DNA of 51,868 bases from a virus (lineage: Duplodnaviria; Caudoviricetes). Below are positions 9,688 through 19,602 of this stretch, one piece after another (position 1 is the stretch's first letter; every line of letters begins with the position of its first letter). The position numbers and the translations under genes are program-made. The DNA is taken from IMG/VR virus record IMGVR_UViG_3300009345_000002, positions 1 to 51,868 of that record; one strand, given 5' to 3'. The notes beneath the pieces are model-generated. The model searched no databases, had not been told where the DNA came from, and worked only from the letters and a program-made list of their open reading frames with translations.

Positions 9688-9845
9688 CAAAATTAACAGA
9701 AAAATAAATTGAAACACTAAAAGAGATTTTATCAGATATGGAACATATTGCAAATACAGGTGGGTTACTTATATCAGGTCTAATGTGTTCTGAATATAGA
9801 GATAAGGCTCAAACAATAAAAGAAATTATAGAGGAAAATGAATAA
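9684..9845 (+). pseudogene. 53-codon ORF interrupted by TAA at codon 8
   Basis: AAGGAG RBS, ATGA overlap, MTKLTEK*IETLKEIL... open to 9845 and overlapping the next start. Confidence 0.5.
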
Positions 9846-10713
9846 GATGCAAGACTATAAAATTGAAATAATGAAACTTACTAAAAATGAGTTCTATGCA
9901 AACCAAGTTAATGCAATTTGTAAAACTAAATTTATTGACTTAACAACTAAATCAGCAACATCTAAAAAAACAGTTATGCAAGCTGATGCTGCTAATAATC
10001 AGATCTTAAAAGCTATTGGTCTTTATGCTCCATTAGAGATTAACTTTAAGAATGTTTCTGTTATGCCTCAGCGTGTAGATATTGATGTAAACGGATGGCT
10101 TGAAATTATGGGTAGAGCTGGTTACATGGTTCATGCTAACTTTATTATGCCAGATGATAATATTGCTGAATTTAATGAAGCTGGATTTACCAAAGAACCA
10201 CCAGTTGCTTATCATAATAGAAATGGTAAAACATACACATCAGAAGAAATATTTAATAAATGCGTTGGTATTTATGCTTATGCTTATGATAAAAAAACAG
10301 GATTCTTCACAGGTGTTGAGTATATCAATAAAGATGAAGTTAAAAAACTATTTACAGCAAGTAAAGCTCAATATGTTTGGAAAGCTTACCCTGGGGAAAT
10401 GTTAAAGAAATCAGCTATTAGAAGATTAAGAAAAAGGCTTAATATTGAAGATAGATATATTGATGCAGTATTTGATAACTTTGATGAAAGTGTTGACTTA
10501 TCTCCGTCAAAAGGTATACTAGAAGTCTACAAAGAAGAATTTTCTAAGACAAATGACAAAGCAAGTGTTAGATCTTATTATACAAAACTAAGACAGGATA
10601 AAAACTTAAAACAAGAGCATTTATCAGAGCTATTAGAACATATATGCGAACACTTAAAAACACTAGATGGTGTTGATGGATTAGAAGAACACTTTCAAGC
10701 ATTGATAAAATAA
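9838..10713 (+). CDS. RecT-family single-strand annealing protein
   Basis: VGIYAYA and WKAYPGEMLKKSAIRRL motifs; close to YqaJ exonuclease. Confidence 0.7.
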   Translation: MNKMQDYKIEIMKLTKNEFYANQVNAICKTKFIDLTTKSATSKKTVMQADAANNQILKAIGLYAPLEINFKNVSVMPQRVDIDVNGWLEIMGRAGYMVHANFIMPDDNIAEFNEAGFTKEPPVAYHNRNGKTYTSEEIFNKCVGIYAYAYDKKTGFFTGVEYINKDEVKKLFTASKAQYVWKAYPGEMLKKSAIRRLRKRLNIEDRYIDAVFDNFDESVDLSPSKGILEVYKEEFSKTNDKASVRSYYTKLRQDKNLKQEHLSELLEHICEHLKTLDGVDGLEEHFQALIK

Positions 10714-11013
10714 ATGAGTTTTTTTGAAAGCGAAGTAGAAAAAATTCCTGATAAAAACTTACGAGAGTTTGTTAAAAAAGAGGGATTTTATGAAAAAATA
10801 GAAAGTAAGAATGGCATAATATACGAGTTTATAAGAGATAGTAGTTTTGAGTGGTGTGTTTTTATAAACGGTTATAAAGTTTTTGACCCATTTGACCACG
10901 GATACGAGAATCCATTTTCTATAGCTCCAAATTATGCCACTCTAAAAAAAGTTAAACAAATAATTAATAAAGGAATAAAGGATGGCTCAATTAAAATTAC
11001 TAAAAGGCGCTGA
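10714..11013 (+). CDS. hypothetical protein
   Basis: ORF abutting neighbours. Confidence 0.6.
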   Translation: MSFFESEVEKIPDKNLREFVKKEGFYEKIESKNGIIYEFIRDSSFEWCVFINGYKVFDPFDHGYENPFSIAPNYATLKKVKQIINKGIKDGSIKITKRR

Positions 11014-13246
11014 TTTTATTGAAGATAGATGCAAACCCATTATTATTGTTAATGATGAGCAAAGCTACTCTTTAGGTGATGCGATCTTAGGTGATGAATA
11101 TAATATCTTATTTTATGAAAAAGGAAAAACAGAAGAATATGATTTTGATAAATCTATTGAGGAATCAAAAGTAATTTGTTTCCTAACAAATGATGAGCAA
11201 TCTCAAAAAGACTTTGATAATATTGAAAGAAGATGTTCTCTGCAAATTGGATCTGTTCACCATATACAACATTTTAAAAACAGAGTTGAATCATATTCTT
11301 TAAGTAGTTTTATTAAACAAGAGCAAAATAACATTGATGAAATTATAGATTTTATTAACAATAATGAGGCTAGAGTAAAAAATAAGAAAAATGATAGCAT
11401 TAAACTATTATCAAAAGATAGAAATTTTGCTTGTCTTGGATATAACGGTGATTTTTATTATTTTTATAAAAAAGGTAACCAAACTATTGTTAAGGTTAAA
11501 TCTGTTAATGTTGATGTTAAATTCATTAAAACACTTGAAACTGGGGATTATTGGGCTAAAAAATACTCTAATAATTCAAAAGATATGTTTGGTAAAATTG
11601 CTCAAGATCTTAGAGAAGAATGCGAGAGCTTAGGAACATACTCTGAAACAGAAAGAGACCGTAGTGTTGGATTCTGGAGAGATGGAACAGATTTTGTTTA
11701 TCATGACGGAGAGCAGATTTACTCTTCTAAAACAAAAGATAGAAAAGACTTGTTTACATATTCAATGGAATCAGATGATAAAATGGTTTATACATCATCA
11801 CCAAAACTAAATCTTAAACTTGGAGCAACACTAAGTGCAAATGAAAAAGAAACTATAAAAGAGTTTATTGAATCTTTTAAATGGCGTACTGATGGATATG
11901 CAAAAATTGCTTTAGGATGGGCTTTTGTATCACCTCTTGGTGGCTTACTTGAGTGGAGACCAAATATTTGGATTAAAGGTAACTCAGGGTCTGGTAAAAC
12001 AACTGTATCAAATGCTCTTAAATCTTTATGTATGGTTGATCAAAGATTTAAAAATGATGGTGGTACAACTGAGGCAGGTCTTAGGAATAAACTTAATAAT
12101 ACTGCATTTGGAGCTTTTCTTGATGAGTTTGAATCTGAAAATAAAATTGGCAAACAAAAGAAACAAGATATTGCATTATTAGTTAGATTAGCATCAGACG
12201 GTGGCTCAGTTACTCATGGGGTATCAAACTTTGGTGGAGCAGCAACATATACTATTAAAAACTGTTTTTGCATGGTATCTATTGCAGTTGGTCTTGAACA
12301 GAAAGCAGATTTAAATAGGTTTTCTATTTTAGAGCTAGATGGTGAAAAAGAAACTGTATCACTTGCTAAATTTAAAGAGCTAGAACGTAATTTTTATTGT
12401 GCTGTAGACCCTAGAAACTTAGCAGATGAGTATAGATTTAACAAAGATTACTGTGTATTCTCACCATTAAGGAATAAGTTTATTACTAAATCTTTTGATA
12501 ATATTAGAAAGATATTAAATAGAACTAATATCATTAGAAATATCTTAGTTGACATGACAAACGATCATAGATTTTCTGATAAGCTAGCTCCAATGATTGC
12601 AGGATATACTGTTTTTGATGACTTAGATTTAAAAAGAAATGAATATAAAGAATATATTGAAAATAATTTTGGAACTATTTTAGAAGAACAAAAACAGCAA
12701 GAGAAAGTTAGCTTACTTGATTTTCAAAAAGCTCTTTTAGCATCAGAAGTTAGATTTTCTAAAACAAAAGAAAGATTTGCTACTGAGGGTGATATAGCTG
12801 AGCTTATAAGTGTTTACTCAAAAAATGAATATGAGTTCCATAAATCAAGAAAAGAATATGAAGAAGAAGACAAAGGCTCATCTACAACTAAAAAGCCAGC
12901 ATATTTAAAAGAATTATCTGAAATATTAAAACGTAAAGGTATTAAAATTTATAAAAATTCTATTCTATTTAATCTTGAAAATAAGTTTTTAGCTAAAGAT
13001 TTATTTATTGACCAAGAGACTTTAGAAAATGCTGTTAAAAGTTTTGTTAATGCTGTTTATTTAGATTATTGCGAATCTATAGACACGTATAACAAAGGTG
13101 TTAAAGATAAGAAAGATCTTAGAAAAAAAATGCGTAAATGTGATTTTTGTGTAACTAGACGTAGGGCTTTTGGTGGTGTCAAAGTTAAAACTGCATGCTT
13201 ACCATTAAATTACTTTATTGACTTAAGCGAGGGAGATGAATTTTAA
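10982..13246 (+). CDS. primase/helicase-like replication protein (P-loop ATPase, degenerate N-terminal Toprim-like region)
   Basis: LGGLLEWRPNIWIKGNSGSGKTT Walker A, FLDEFE Walker B, FACLGYN motif. Confidence 0.75.
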   Translation: MAQLKLLKGADFIEDRCKPIIIVNDEQSYSLGDAILGDEYNILFYEKGKTEEYDFDKSIEESKVICFLTNDEQSQKDFDNIERRCSLQIGSVHHIQHFKNRVESYSLSSFIKQEQNNIDEIIDFINNNEARVKNKKNDSIKLLSKDRNFACLGYNGDFYYFYKKGNQTIVKVKSVNVDVKFIKTLETGDYWAKKYSNNSKDMFGKIAQDLREECESLGTYSETERDRSVGFWRDGTDFVYHDGEQIYSSKTKDRKDLFTYSMESDDKMVYTSSPKLNLKLGATLSANEKETIKEFIESFKWRTDGYAKIALGWAFVSPLGGLLEWRPNIWIKGNSGSGKTTVSNALKSLCMVDQRFKNDGGTTEAGLRNKLNNTAFGAFLDEFESENKIGKQKKQDIALLVRLASDGGSVTHGVSNFGGAATYTIKNCFCMVSIAVGLEQKADLNRFSILELDGEKETVSLAKFKELERNFYCAVDPRNLADEYRFNKDYCVFSPLRNKFITKSFDNIRKILNRTNIIRNILVDMTNDHRFSDKLAPMIAGYTVFDDLDLKRNEYKEYIENNFGTILEEQKQQEKVSLLDFQKALLASEVRFSKTKERFATEGDIAELISVYSKNEYEFHKSRKEYEEEDKGSSTTKKPAYLKELSEILKRKGIKIYKNSILFNLENKFLAKDLFIDQETLENAVKSFVNAVYLDYCESIDTYNKGVKDKKDLRKKMRKCDFCVTRRRAFGGVKVKTACLPLNYFIDLSEGDEF

Positions 13247-13743
13247 TGTTTATTAAGCACGAAGTAAAAAACAAACCATCATTTTATTGTGAAATCCAAG
13301 GTAGGTTAGTTCCATTTCAAATAAAAGATAATGAGCTTTTCTACCAAAGAATGGGAATGGTTGAAAACACAGAAGTTAATAGCTGGATGTTGAGGTCAAA
13401 GACAACTTCAACAATGGTTTCTAGTGATAAGAAAACAATAAGTTTTAAGAGCATGCCAAAAGAAAAGTTAAATTTTGAATGCCCTGATAAAAACTTTACT
13501 AAAATACCAAGTTTAGTTGCAAGACTAAATAAGGCTTTTAATGTAAATATTAGAGCTATATCTGTTCATTACTGTGAGCCAGATAATGACTCAAAAGGAA
13601 AGTTTTTTGTTATTATTAAAGTAATAGCACCAGATGTTGAAAGCAAAGAAAAGATTAAAAAAGGCTTAATAAAGACAGGAATTAAAGAAGAATTTGTTTA
13701 TGATGTGTATGATGACTTACATTTCTTAATAGAGGAAAAATAA
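13246..13743 (+). CDS. hypothetical protein
   Basis: TAATG coupling on both sides. Confidence 0.7.
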   Translation: MFIKHEVKNKPSFYCEIQGRLVPFQIKDNELFYQRMGMVENTEVNSWMLRSKTTSTMVSSDKKTISFKSMPKEKLNFECPDKNFTKIPSLVARLNKAFNVNIRAISVHYCEPDNDSKGKFFVIIKVIAPDVESKEKIKKGLIKTGIKEEFVYDVYDDLHFLIEEK

Positions 13744-15206
13744 TGAAAATTCAATTAAGACATTATCAAAAGAAAGTGCAGCTTGAGGCAAGCAAGGCGT
13801 TCCAAGATGGTTTTAAATCTCAAATTTGGGTAATGCCAGCAGGTTCAGGAAAAACTTTTACAGCAGGAGATACTATTCGTAGAATGGTTGAACAAGGTAA
13901 AAAGGTTGCTTTCTTTTGTCATAAAAACGATTTAATAACTCAATCATACAATAGCTTTAAAATGCTAAATATGGATGTTGGAATTATAAGTAGTCAGTTT
14001 GCTGTATATTACAATGAGAGCAATCCTGTTCAGGTAATTTCTATTCCTACTTTAAATGCTAGAGCTAAGAAAATTTTAGAAAACTTAAATTTTGATTATA
14101 TCTTTTTAGACGAATGTCATCATATGGGTTCAAATACCTGGGTAAAGATATTTAATCATTTTGTAAATGAAAAGAATGCAAGAGCTGTAGGCTTAACTGC
14201 TACACCTTGTAGACTGGATGGAAAACCTTTAGGTCAATACTTTGATAAAATGATTTTAGGGCCAAGTGTTAAAGATCTTATTGCTGAGGGATCTCTTTCT
14301 AAATATAGATATTTTGCACCCACTACAATTGATATGTCTGCTGCTAAAAAAAGAGGTGGAGATTATAAAGCAGAAGATGTTAAGGAGGCAATAAACAAGG
14401 CTCATATTATGGGTGATATTCCAAAGTCTTGGTATGAGTTCGCACAAGGCAAAAGAACGATAGGATTTGCTCCAAATACAGAGCAAGGAATGCAAATTGT
14501 TAGAGAATGTCAAGATGCAGGTATTAAATGTGGATGGCTTGATGCAAATGACAATGAAGAAGAGCGTCGTAAAATTATTGCACAGTTTGCAGATGGTGAA
14601 ATTGATATTTTATGGAATATTAATTTATTCTCTGAGGGTTTTGATTTATCAGCTCAAGTTGGTAGAGATGTTCCTATTGAGGCAGTTTTACTTTGTAGAC
14701 CGACACAGTCATTATCTTTGTATATTCAACAAGTAACTAGAGCATTAAGAAAAAAACCAACTACAGCTATTGTTATTGATTTTGTAAATAACTATGAGAC
14801 GCATGGTTTTCCATGTTGGGACAGAGAATGGAGCTTAGATAAACCCCAGCAATCTAAAAAAGCAGCAGAAAATATTGAAGAGTATGGTGTTGCTATTACA
14901 AGATGTAAAAAATGCTACAGAGCATTTGAGCCAAGTCATAAGCATTGTCCTTTCTGTAAAGCTGAAAGAGAAAAGACTGCTCACGAGTATAAAATGGAAA
15001 AGAAACATAAAATTAAAGAGCTTGAAATTAAAGAAAAGCAAGAAAAAAAAGATAAGAGAAAAGAATTTGCCAAAATGCTTGTAAAATGCAAGACTAGATC
15101 TGATGCAGTAGATACATATTGTCTACATTTTGAAAAAGATAATAGGCAAAAAGCAGCAGCGCATATGAGTTTTGCTTATAGAAAAATCTGGGAGCGCTTG
15201 CATTAA
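13743..15206 (+). CDS. SF2 DEAD/DEAH-box (ResIII-like) helicase with C-terminal Zn ribbon
   Basis: LRHYQ, PAGSGKT, DECHH, GLTATP.RLDG, FSEGFD, RPTQS, CKKC/CPFC. Confidence 0.92.
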   Translation: MKIQLRHYQKKVQLEASKAFQDGFKSQIWVMPAGSGKTFTAGDTIRRMVEQGKKVAFFCHKNDLITQSYNSFKMLNMDVGIISSQFAVYYNESNPVQVISIPTLNARAKKILENLNFDYIFLDECHHMGSNTWVKIFNHFVNEKNARAVGLTATPCRLDGKPLGQYFDKMILGPSVKDLIAEGSLSKYRYFAPTTIDMSAAKKRGGDYKAEDVKEAINKAHIMGDIPKSWYEFAQGKRTIGFAPNTEQGMQIVRECQDAGIKCGWLDANDNEEERRKIIAQFADGEIDILWNINLFSEGFDLSAQVGRDVPIEAVLLCRPTQSLSLYIQQVTRALRKKPTTAIVIDFVNNYETHGFPCWDREWSLDKPQQSKKAAENIEEYGVAITRCKKCYRAFEPSHKHCPFCKAEREKTAHEYKMEKKHKIKELEIKEKQEKKDKRKEFAKMLVKCKTRSDAVDTYCLHFEKDNRQKAAAHMSFAYRKIWERLH

Positions 15207-15249
15207 TATAATTTAAAGATTTTATTGAGAGACAAAACTTATTATTAGC

Positions 15250-15278
15250 TTGAGTTAGTATTATTATTATAGTATAAT
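15250..15278 (+). promoter_or_regulatory. promoter for candidate sRNA-A
   Basis: TTGAGT(15250)-17-TATAAT(15273). Confidence 0.6.
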
Positions 15279-15284
15279 AATAAA

Positions 15285-15387
15285 TGTTGCAAGAGGTATT
15301 TCTTTCACTTTCTTAATATCTCTTGTGATTATTCCTTATAATTAAGTTATAGTAAAAAAGGCAGAATTAATTTTTTGTCTTTTTTTT
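15285..15387 (+). ncRNA. candidate small RNA A (~100 nt)
   Basis: Own promoter, long hairpin with pyrimidine loop, TTATTCCTTAT segment, intrinsic terminator, no RBS-led ORF. Confidence 0.45.
15354..15387 (+). terminator. intrinsic terminator
   Basis: AAAAAAGGCAGAA-TTAAT-TTTTTGTCTTTTTTTT. Confidence 0.65.
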
Positions 15388-15446
15388 ATTGTTTTTACTT
15401 GACACCTGTTAGATTAAGTGTTATATTATACACATACTAAACAAAA
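15381..15446 (+). promoter_or_regulatory. duplicated 66-bp promoter cassette, copy 1
   Basis: TTGACA(15399)-17-TATATT(15422); 5 mismatches to 22214-22279. Confidence 0.85.
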
Positions 15447-15474
15447 ACATTAAACAAAATAAAGGAAAATAAGA

Positions 15475-16905
15475 ATGTCTAAAGATATTATTGTTCTTGA
15501 TCAAAATAGAAATCTTGCCGACTTATATCAAACAGATAACGGTATTGAAGATATTTTATCACAATTGGAAAATCAAGCTAGATCTATGGTTTTTGACTTA
15601 ACAACAGATACAGGTAAAAAAGAATGTATTTCTTATGCCTATAACATTGCTAAATCAAAAACGGCATTAGTTAAGGCTGGTAAATCACAAACAGAAGATG
15701 CTAGAGCATTTATTAAAACTGTAAATTCTCAAACAAAAGAAGTTGAAGAAAGACTTGATGCATTAAGAGATGAAGTAAGAAGACCAATTACTGAACTTGA
15801 AAACAAAGAGAAAGAAAGAAAAGCTATTTTAGATAAAGCTCTTTCTGATATGTCTGACTTTGTTCCAGCTATTGGTATCCAGCTTACATTAGAAGAAATT
15901 GAGCAGCGTTTAAATGGATTAAATAAAATTCATGAGCAAACAGATTGGCAAGAGTATAAAATGAAAGCACAAGCTGATTTTGAGAGACATACTGCTGCAT
16001 TAAACTCTCTTAAAACTGCTGCTAATGCCATTGCAGAGCTTAAAGCAAAAAAAGAGGCAGAAGAAAAAGCTGAAAGAGAACGCCAAGAGAAAGAGCGCAT
16101 TGCTGCTGCTGAAAAGGCTGCTAAAGAAAAAGCTGAAAGAGAGGCTGCTGAGAAAATTGCTAAGGCAGAGGCTGAAAAGAAAAAAGCAGAAGAAGAGGCT
16201 AAGGCTGCACAGTTAAAAATTGAAGAAAATGCTAAAAAAGAACAGCAAAGACTAGAAAAAATTAAAGAAGATAAAAGCAAAGCTGATAATATGATTGCAG
16301 AACTTGACCTTATTGATTTTAGTAAAGCTGATACATTGGAAGAGGCAGAAAAGAATTTTGTTCTAGCAACGGAGTATAGAAGTAAGGCTATGGATCTTGA
16401 TACTAGTGTTTATAAAGAGGCATGTGTTGTGTTTAAAGATTATCATGAGCAATCAAGAAAAGTTTTAGATACTCTAACTCAAAAAAGAAAAGAAGAGTTA
16501 CAGATATCTTATAAAAAAATCGCAGATGAAACAATTGAAAATATCAATAAATTAATGAATTTTGATTATGATTCTGTAACAGTTTCTGAGCTTAAAACAA
16601 TATCTATTAAAATTGAAAATAGTGTTAAAGAGTTCTTTAATGACCATGGTAAGCCAGAATATAGCATTGGTATTACAGGTCTACAAATGAAACTTGATGA
16701 TTGTAAGAAACAACTTGAAAAACTTATCTCTTCTAAAAAAGATGAGGCTGCTAAACAAGCTAATGAAGATCATTTGACTGCTAAAAAAAGAGAAACAGCT
16801 CAATCTTTAAGAAATATTGATAAAACTATAACTGCTGACCAATTAAAAACAATTGTAGAGGCTCTATTTAATAATGAAGTTAAAAATGTAAGGATTGTAT
16901 TATAA
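15475..16905 (+). CDS. long coiled-coil phage protein (TolA-like misannotated family)
   Basis: ARSMVFDLTTDTGKKECISYAYNIAKSKTAL...RLDALRDEVRRP N-terminus; EKA-rich helix. Confidence 0.7.
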   Translation: MSKDIIVLDQNRNLADLYQTDNGIEDILSQLENQARSMVFDLTTDTGKKECISYAYNIAKSKTALVKAGKSQTEDARAFIKTVNSQTKEVEERLDALRDEVRRPITELENKEKERKAILDKALSDMSDFVPAIGIQLTLEEIEQRLNGLNKIHEQTDWQEYKMKAQADFERHTAALNSLKTAANAIAELKAKKEAEEKAERERQEKERIAAAEKAAKEKAEREAAEKIAKAEAEKKKAEEEAKAAQLKIEENAKKEQQRLEKIKEDKSKADNMIAELDLIDFSKADTLEEAEKNFVLATEYRSKAMDLDTSVYKEACVVFKDYHEQSRKVLDTLTQKRKEELQISYKKIADETIENINKLMNFDYDSVTVSELKTISIKIENSVKEFFNDHGKPEYSIGITGLQMKLDDCKKQLEKLISSKKDEAAKQANEDHLTAKKRETAQSLRNIDKTITADQLKTIVEALFNNEVKNVRIVL

Positions 16906-17087
16906 TGGCTAAAGTTACATATATTAAAAATGGTGAAAAGATTATTCTTGAAACAACCGAAGAAAAAGAGGCAATTAGTGTTTTTGCAACAATAATTGTT
17001 AGACATGAACATAATGTTATTAAAAAAGTAAGTGAAGATGATATTATGAAATTATTGGAGAATATGGATGGCACAACAAGAAACTAA
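16905..17087 (+). CDS. hypothetical protein
   Basis: TAATG coupling. Confidence 0.55.
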   Translation: MAKVTYIKNGEKIILETTEEKEAISVFATIIVRHEHNVIKKVSEDDIMKLLENMDGTTRN

Positions 17088-17484
17088 TATATCTCATAAA
17101 ACAGAGCTTGCAGCATCAAAATTAGGTTTTGCAATGCACAGAAATAATACAGGTGTGTTTTATGCGATTAAAGATCATGGATTCAAAAGAAATCAAGCTT
17201 TTGTTAATCTTTTAAATAAATTCTTTAGAAGAGTTCAAGCTGGATTAGGGAAAGGAACGTCAGATTTAATTGGTTGGCGTACTGTTGAAATAACTCCTGA
17301 TATGGTAGGTAAGCGTATTGCAATTTTTGCTGCGCTTGAGATTAAAACAGATAAAGGACGAGCAAGCCCAGAGCAGATTAACTTTGTAAAACAAGTTAGA
17401 GCTGAGGGTGGAATTGCAGAGTTTGTGAAAGGAGATGAGGGAGTTGAAGATCTGGTTACAAAATATCAAGATTCTAATGTTTAA
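17068..17484 (+). CDS. VRR-NUC domain nuclease (resolvase-like)
   Basis: RNNTG, GLGKGTSDLIGW, ALEIKT..GRASPEQINF..GGIA. Confidence 0.88.
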   Translation: MAQQETNISHKTELAASKLGFAMHRNNTGVFYAIKDHGFKRNQAFVNLLNKFFRRVQAGLGKGTSDLIGWRTVEITPDMVGKRIAIFAALEIKTDKGRASPEQINFVKQVRAEGGIAEFVKGDEGVEDLVTKYQDSNV

Positions 17485-17659
17485 AAGACAAATTACTTCT
17501 AAACAATTAGCAGAAGAAATGGGGATTAGCAGAACTTATGCAAGTTCTCTAATAAATGGAAAAGAAAAAATAACAGATAAAAGATTTCAACAAATTGCTG
17601 AAATTTTAGACTCTACAGTAGATCAAATAAAACATGAAAGGATAGAAATACATGATTAA
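17477..17659 (+). CDS. XRE-family HTH regulator (start at or upstream of 17477)
   Basis: ITSKQLAEEMGISRTYASSLING...QIAEIL. Confidence 0.75.
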   Translation: MFKRQITSKQLAEEMGISRTYASSLINGKEKITDKRFQQIAEILDSTVDQIKHERIEIHD

Positions 17660-18464
17660 CAAAAAAACTTTTCAATTAAAGTATAAAGAGGCATTAAAAC
17701 TACAAAAAAATCTATGTGATGCATCTAGTTTTGACCAACTAAGAAATGGTGTTATTATTAGGATTGGCACAGATGATTTACTTACTCTTTATGCTACAGA
17801 TGGCCAGGTAATGGGTCGTTTAAGAAAAGAAAAAGACGAAAACCAAGCAGCAATACCATTTGCAGATATGGAAATAGCTTTTGCTGTTGATATTAAGCCT
17901 CTTGAAAAACTTACTAAATATATTGATGAAAAAGAAGATATTCTTTGCACATATGAAGAAAGCGAAGAGGCTGATGAAAATGAAAATAGAGAATGTTTTG
18001 TAACTTTCCATATGAATAGCACTAAAGAAATTATCAAACTTAGAGCTAAGCAAGTGAAAGAAGATATTTTAGAAAAAATTGATAACTATTTAAATGAAGA
18101 TAACTATACATCAGATTTTGAAATATCAAGAATCATAACAAATACTAAAAAAATGAGTAAAGTGGCATTTAATGAAAGTATTATGTTCCAAGTTAATAAA
18201 AATCTTGGTGAGCCTAGATATAACGAAGAGGGTGTGCAAATCGGAGAAGAAACACCTATATTCTTAATCAAAACAAGAGATAAAGAGTATACTGGAGTTA
18301 TTCTTGCTAAACATGATAAAATCGGTGAAGATAATCCACCTGAGGAAGAAAAATCTGAATCAAAGGATGAGCCTCTACCATTTGAAGATGATTTAGAAGA
18401 GCTTGTAACTAAGCAAGTTGAAAAAAATAAAATAGTTAAAAAAATATTAGCAAAGGATGAGTAA
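17652..18464 (+). CDS. divergent DNA polymerase III beta-clamp-like protein
   Basis: LRNGVII...LYATDGQVMG resembles clamp ATDGHRL motif; located in replication module. Confidence 0.45.
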   Translation: MINKKTFQLKYKEALKLQKNLCDASSFDQLRNGVIIRIGTDDLLTLYATDGQVMGRLRKEKDENQAAIPFADMEIAFAVDIKPLEKLTKYIDEKEDILCTYEESEEADENENRECFVTFHMNSTKEIIKLRAKQVKEDILEKIDNYLNEDNYTSDFEISRIITNTKKMSKVAFNESIMFQVNKNLGEPRYNEEGVQIGEETPIFLIKTRDKEYTGVILAKHDKIGEDNPPEEEKSESKDEPLPFEDDLEELVTKQVEKNKIVKKILAKDE

Positions 18465-18684
18465 AATGTGTAAAATACAGGACTACTTAGACAAGCAAAA
18501 AGAATTTCTACTATTAGATAATGAGGACGTTATTTATGATTTAGATCTTATTTATCGTAAAAACGACCCATTTTGTAAAGTAGAAGTAAAGGTTACAGGA
18601 AGTTTAAACTCTTTTAACCTTTTAAGGTTACAACATATAATTAACAATGCAGAAGATATGCATGCAAATAAAGGAAATAAATAA
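18457..18684 (+). CDS. hypothetical protein
   Basis: ORF overlapping upstream stop. Confidence 0.55.
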   Translation: MSKMCKIQDYLDKQKEFLLLDNEDVIYDLDLIYRKNDPFCKVEVKVTGSLNSFNLLRLQHIINNAEDMHANKGNK

Positions 18685-18685
18685 A

Positions 18686-19108
18686 ATGGCAAGTTCACTT
18701 AATAAGGTTCAAATTATAGGAAATTTAGGCAAAGATCCTGAGATTAGATACACAAACGATAATAAAGCAATCGCAAACCTAACAGTTGCAACAACTGAAA
18801 GCTGGAATTCAAAAGACGGTGACCGTCAAGATAAAACAGAATGGCACCGTTGTGTTGTCTTTGGTAAGCTTGCAGAGGTTATTGAAAAGTATCTTAAGAA
18901 AGGTTCTAAAGTTTACCTTGAGGGTAAACTACAAACTAGAAAATGGGAAGATAAAGACGGCCAAGAACGTTATACAACAGAGATTGTTCTTAATGGTTTT
19001 GGTAGTCAAATGGTAATGCTTGGAGCTAACGGTCAACCATTGAGTGATCAAGCTGGTGATCAAGTAGTATCAAACGAGCCAGATTTCGATAACGATATAC
19101 CCTTTTAA
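18686..19108 (+). CDS. ssb: single-stranded DNA-binding protein
   Basis: [43 protein letters not shown]-terminal DIPF. Confidence 0.97.
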   Translation: MASSLNKVQIIGNLGKDPEIRYTNDNKAIANLTVATTESWNSKDGDRQDKTEWHRCVVFGKLAEVIEKYLKKGSKVYLEGKLQTRKWEDKDGQERYTTEIVLNGFGSQMVMLGANGQPLSDQAGDQVVSNEPDFDNDIPF

Positions 19109-19117
19109 GACATACCG

Positions 19118-19146
19118 TTGACAAACTAAATAAATTATGATATATT
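19118..19146 (+). promoter_or_regulatory. sigma70-type promoter
   Basis: TTGACA(19118)-17-TATATT(19141). Confidence 0.7.
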
Positions 19147-19176
19147 AAATTATGATTAAAAATAAGGAGATATATT

Positions 19177-19602
19177 ATGATTAAAAAAAAATGTACAAGA
19201 TGTGGTGAAACTAAAGATATTAGCCAATTTCAAAAGAGAGCAGCATCATCAGATGGATTAACTGCATCTTGTAAAAAATGCTTATCAGATTATGATAAAA
19301 AAAGAGCAAATAAACCACATAGAGTTAAAGCTAGAGAGAATTATTTAAAAACTGAGCAAGGCAAAGCAGCTCATAAAAGAGCAGTTGATAAATATAGAAA
19401 AAAAAATAATATTCAATATAGCTCTAACAATATTTTAAATAATGCTATTCGTGATGGTAAAATAAAAAAACCAACTAAATGTAGTATATGTGGTGTAGAA
19501 AATGTTTTAATTCATGGTCATCATGAAGATTATTCTAAGCCTTTAGAAGTTATTTGGTGTTGTGAGCAATGTCATGAAAAACTTCACGGTAGATTAAAAT
19601 AA
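19177..19602 (+). CDS. zinc-finger / HNH-like endonuclease
   Basis: KCTRCGETK...CKKC and CSICG..HGHHEDYSKPLEVIWCCEQCH. Confidence 0.8.
   Translation: MIKKKCTRCGETKDISQFQKRAASSDGLTASCKKCLSDYDKKRANKPHRVKARENYLKTEQGKAAHKRAVDKYRKKNNIQYSSNNILNNAIRDGKIKKPTKCSICGVENVLIHGHHEDYSKPLEVIWCCEQCHEKLHGRLK

Noticed and set aside
15930-16280. Antisense and alternate-frame ORFs (also 1512, 10100, 26753, 32924, 48644 etc.)
   Set aside because: Shadows of well-supported genes, without RBS or protein-like composition
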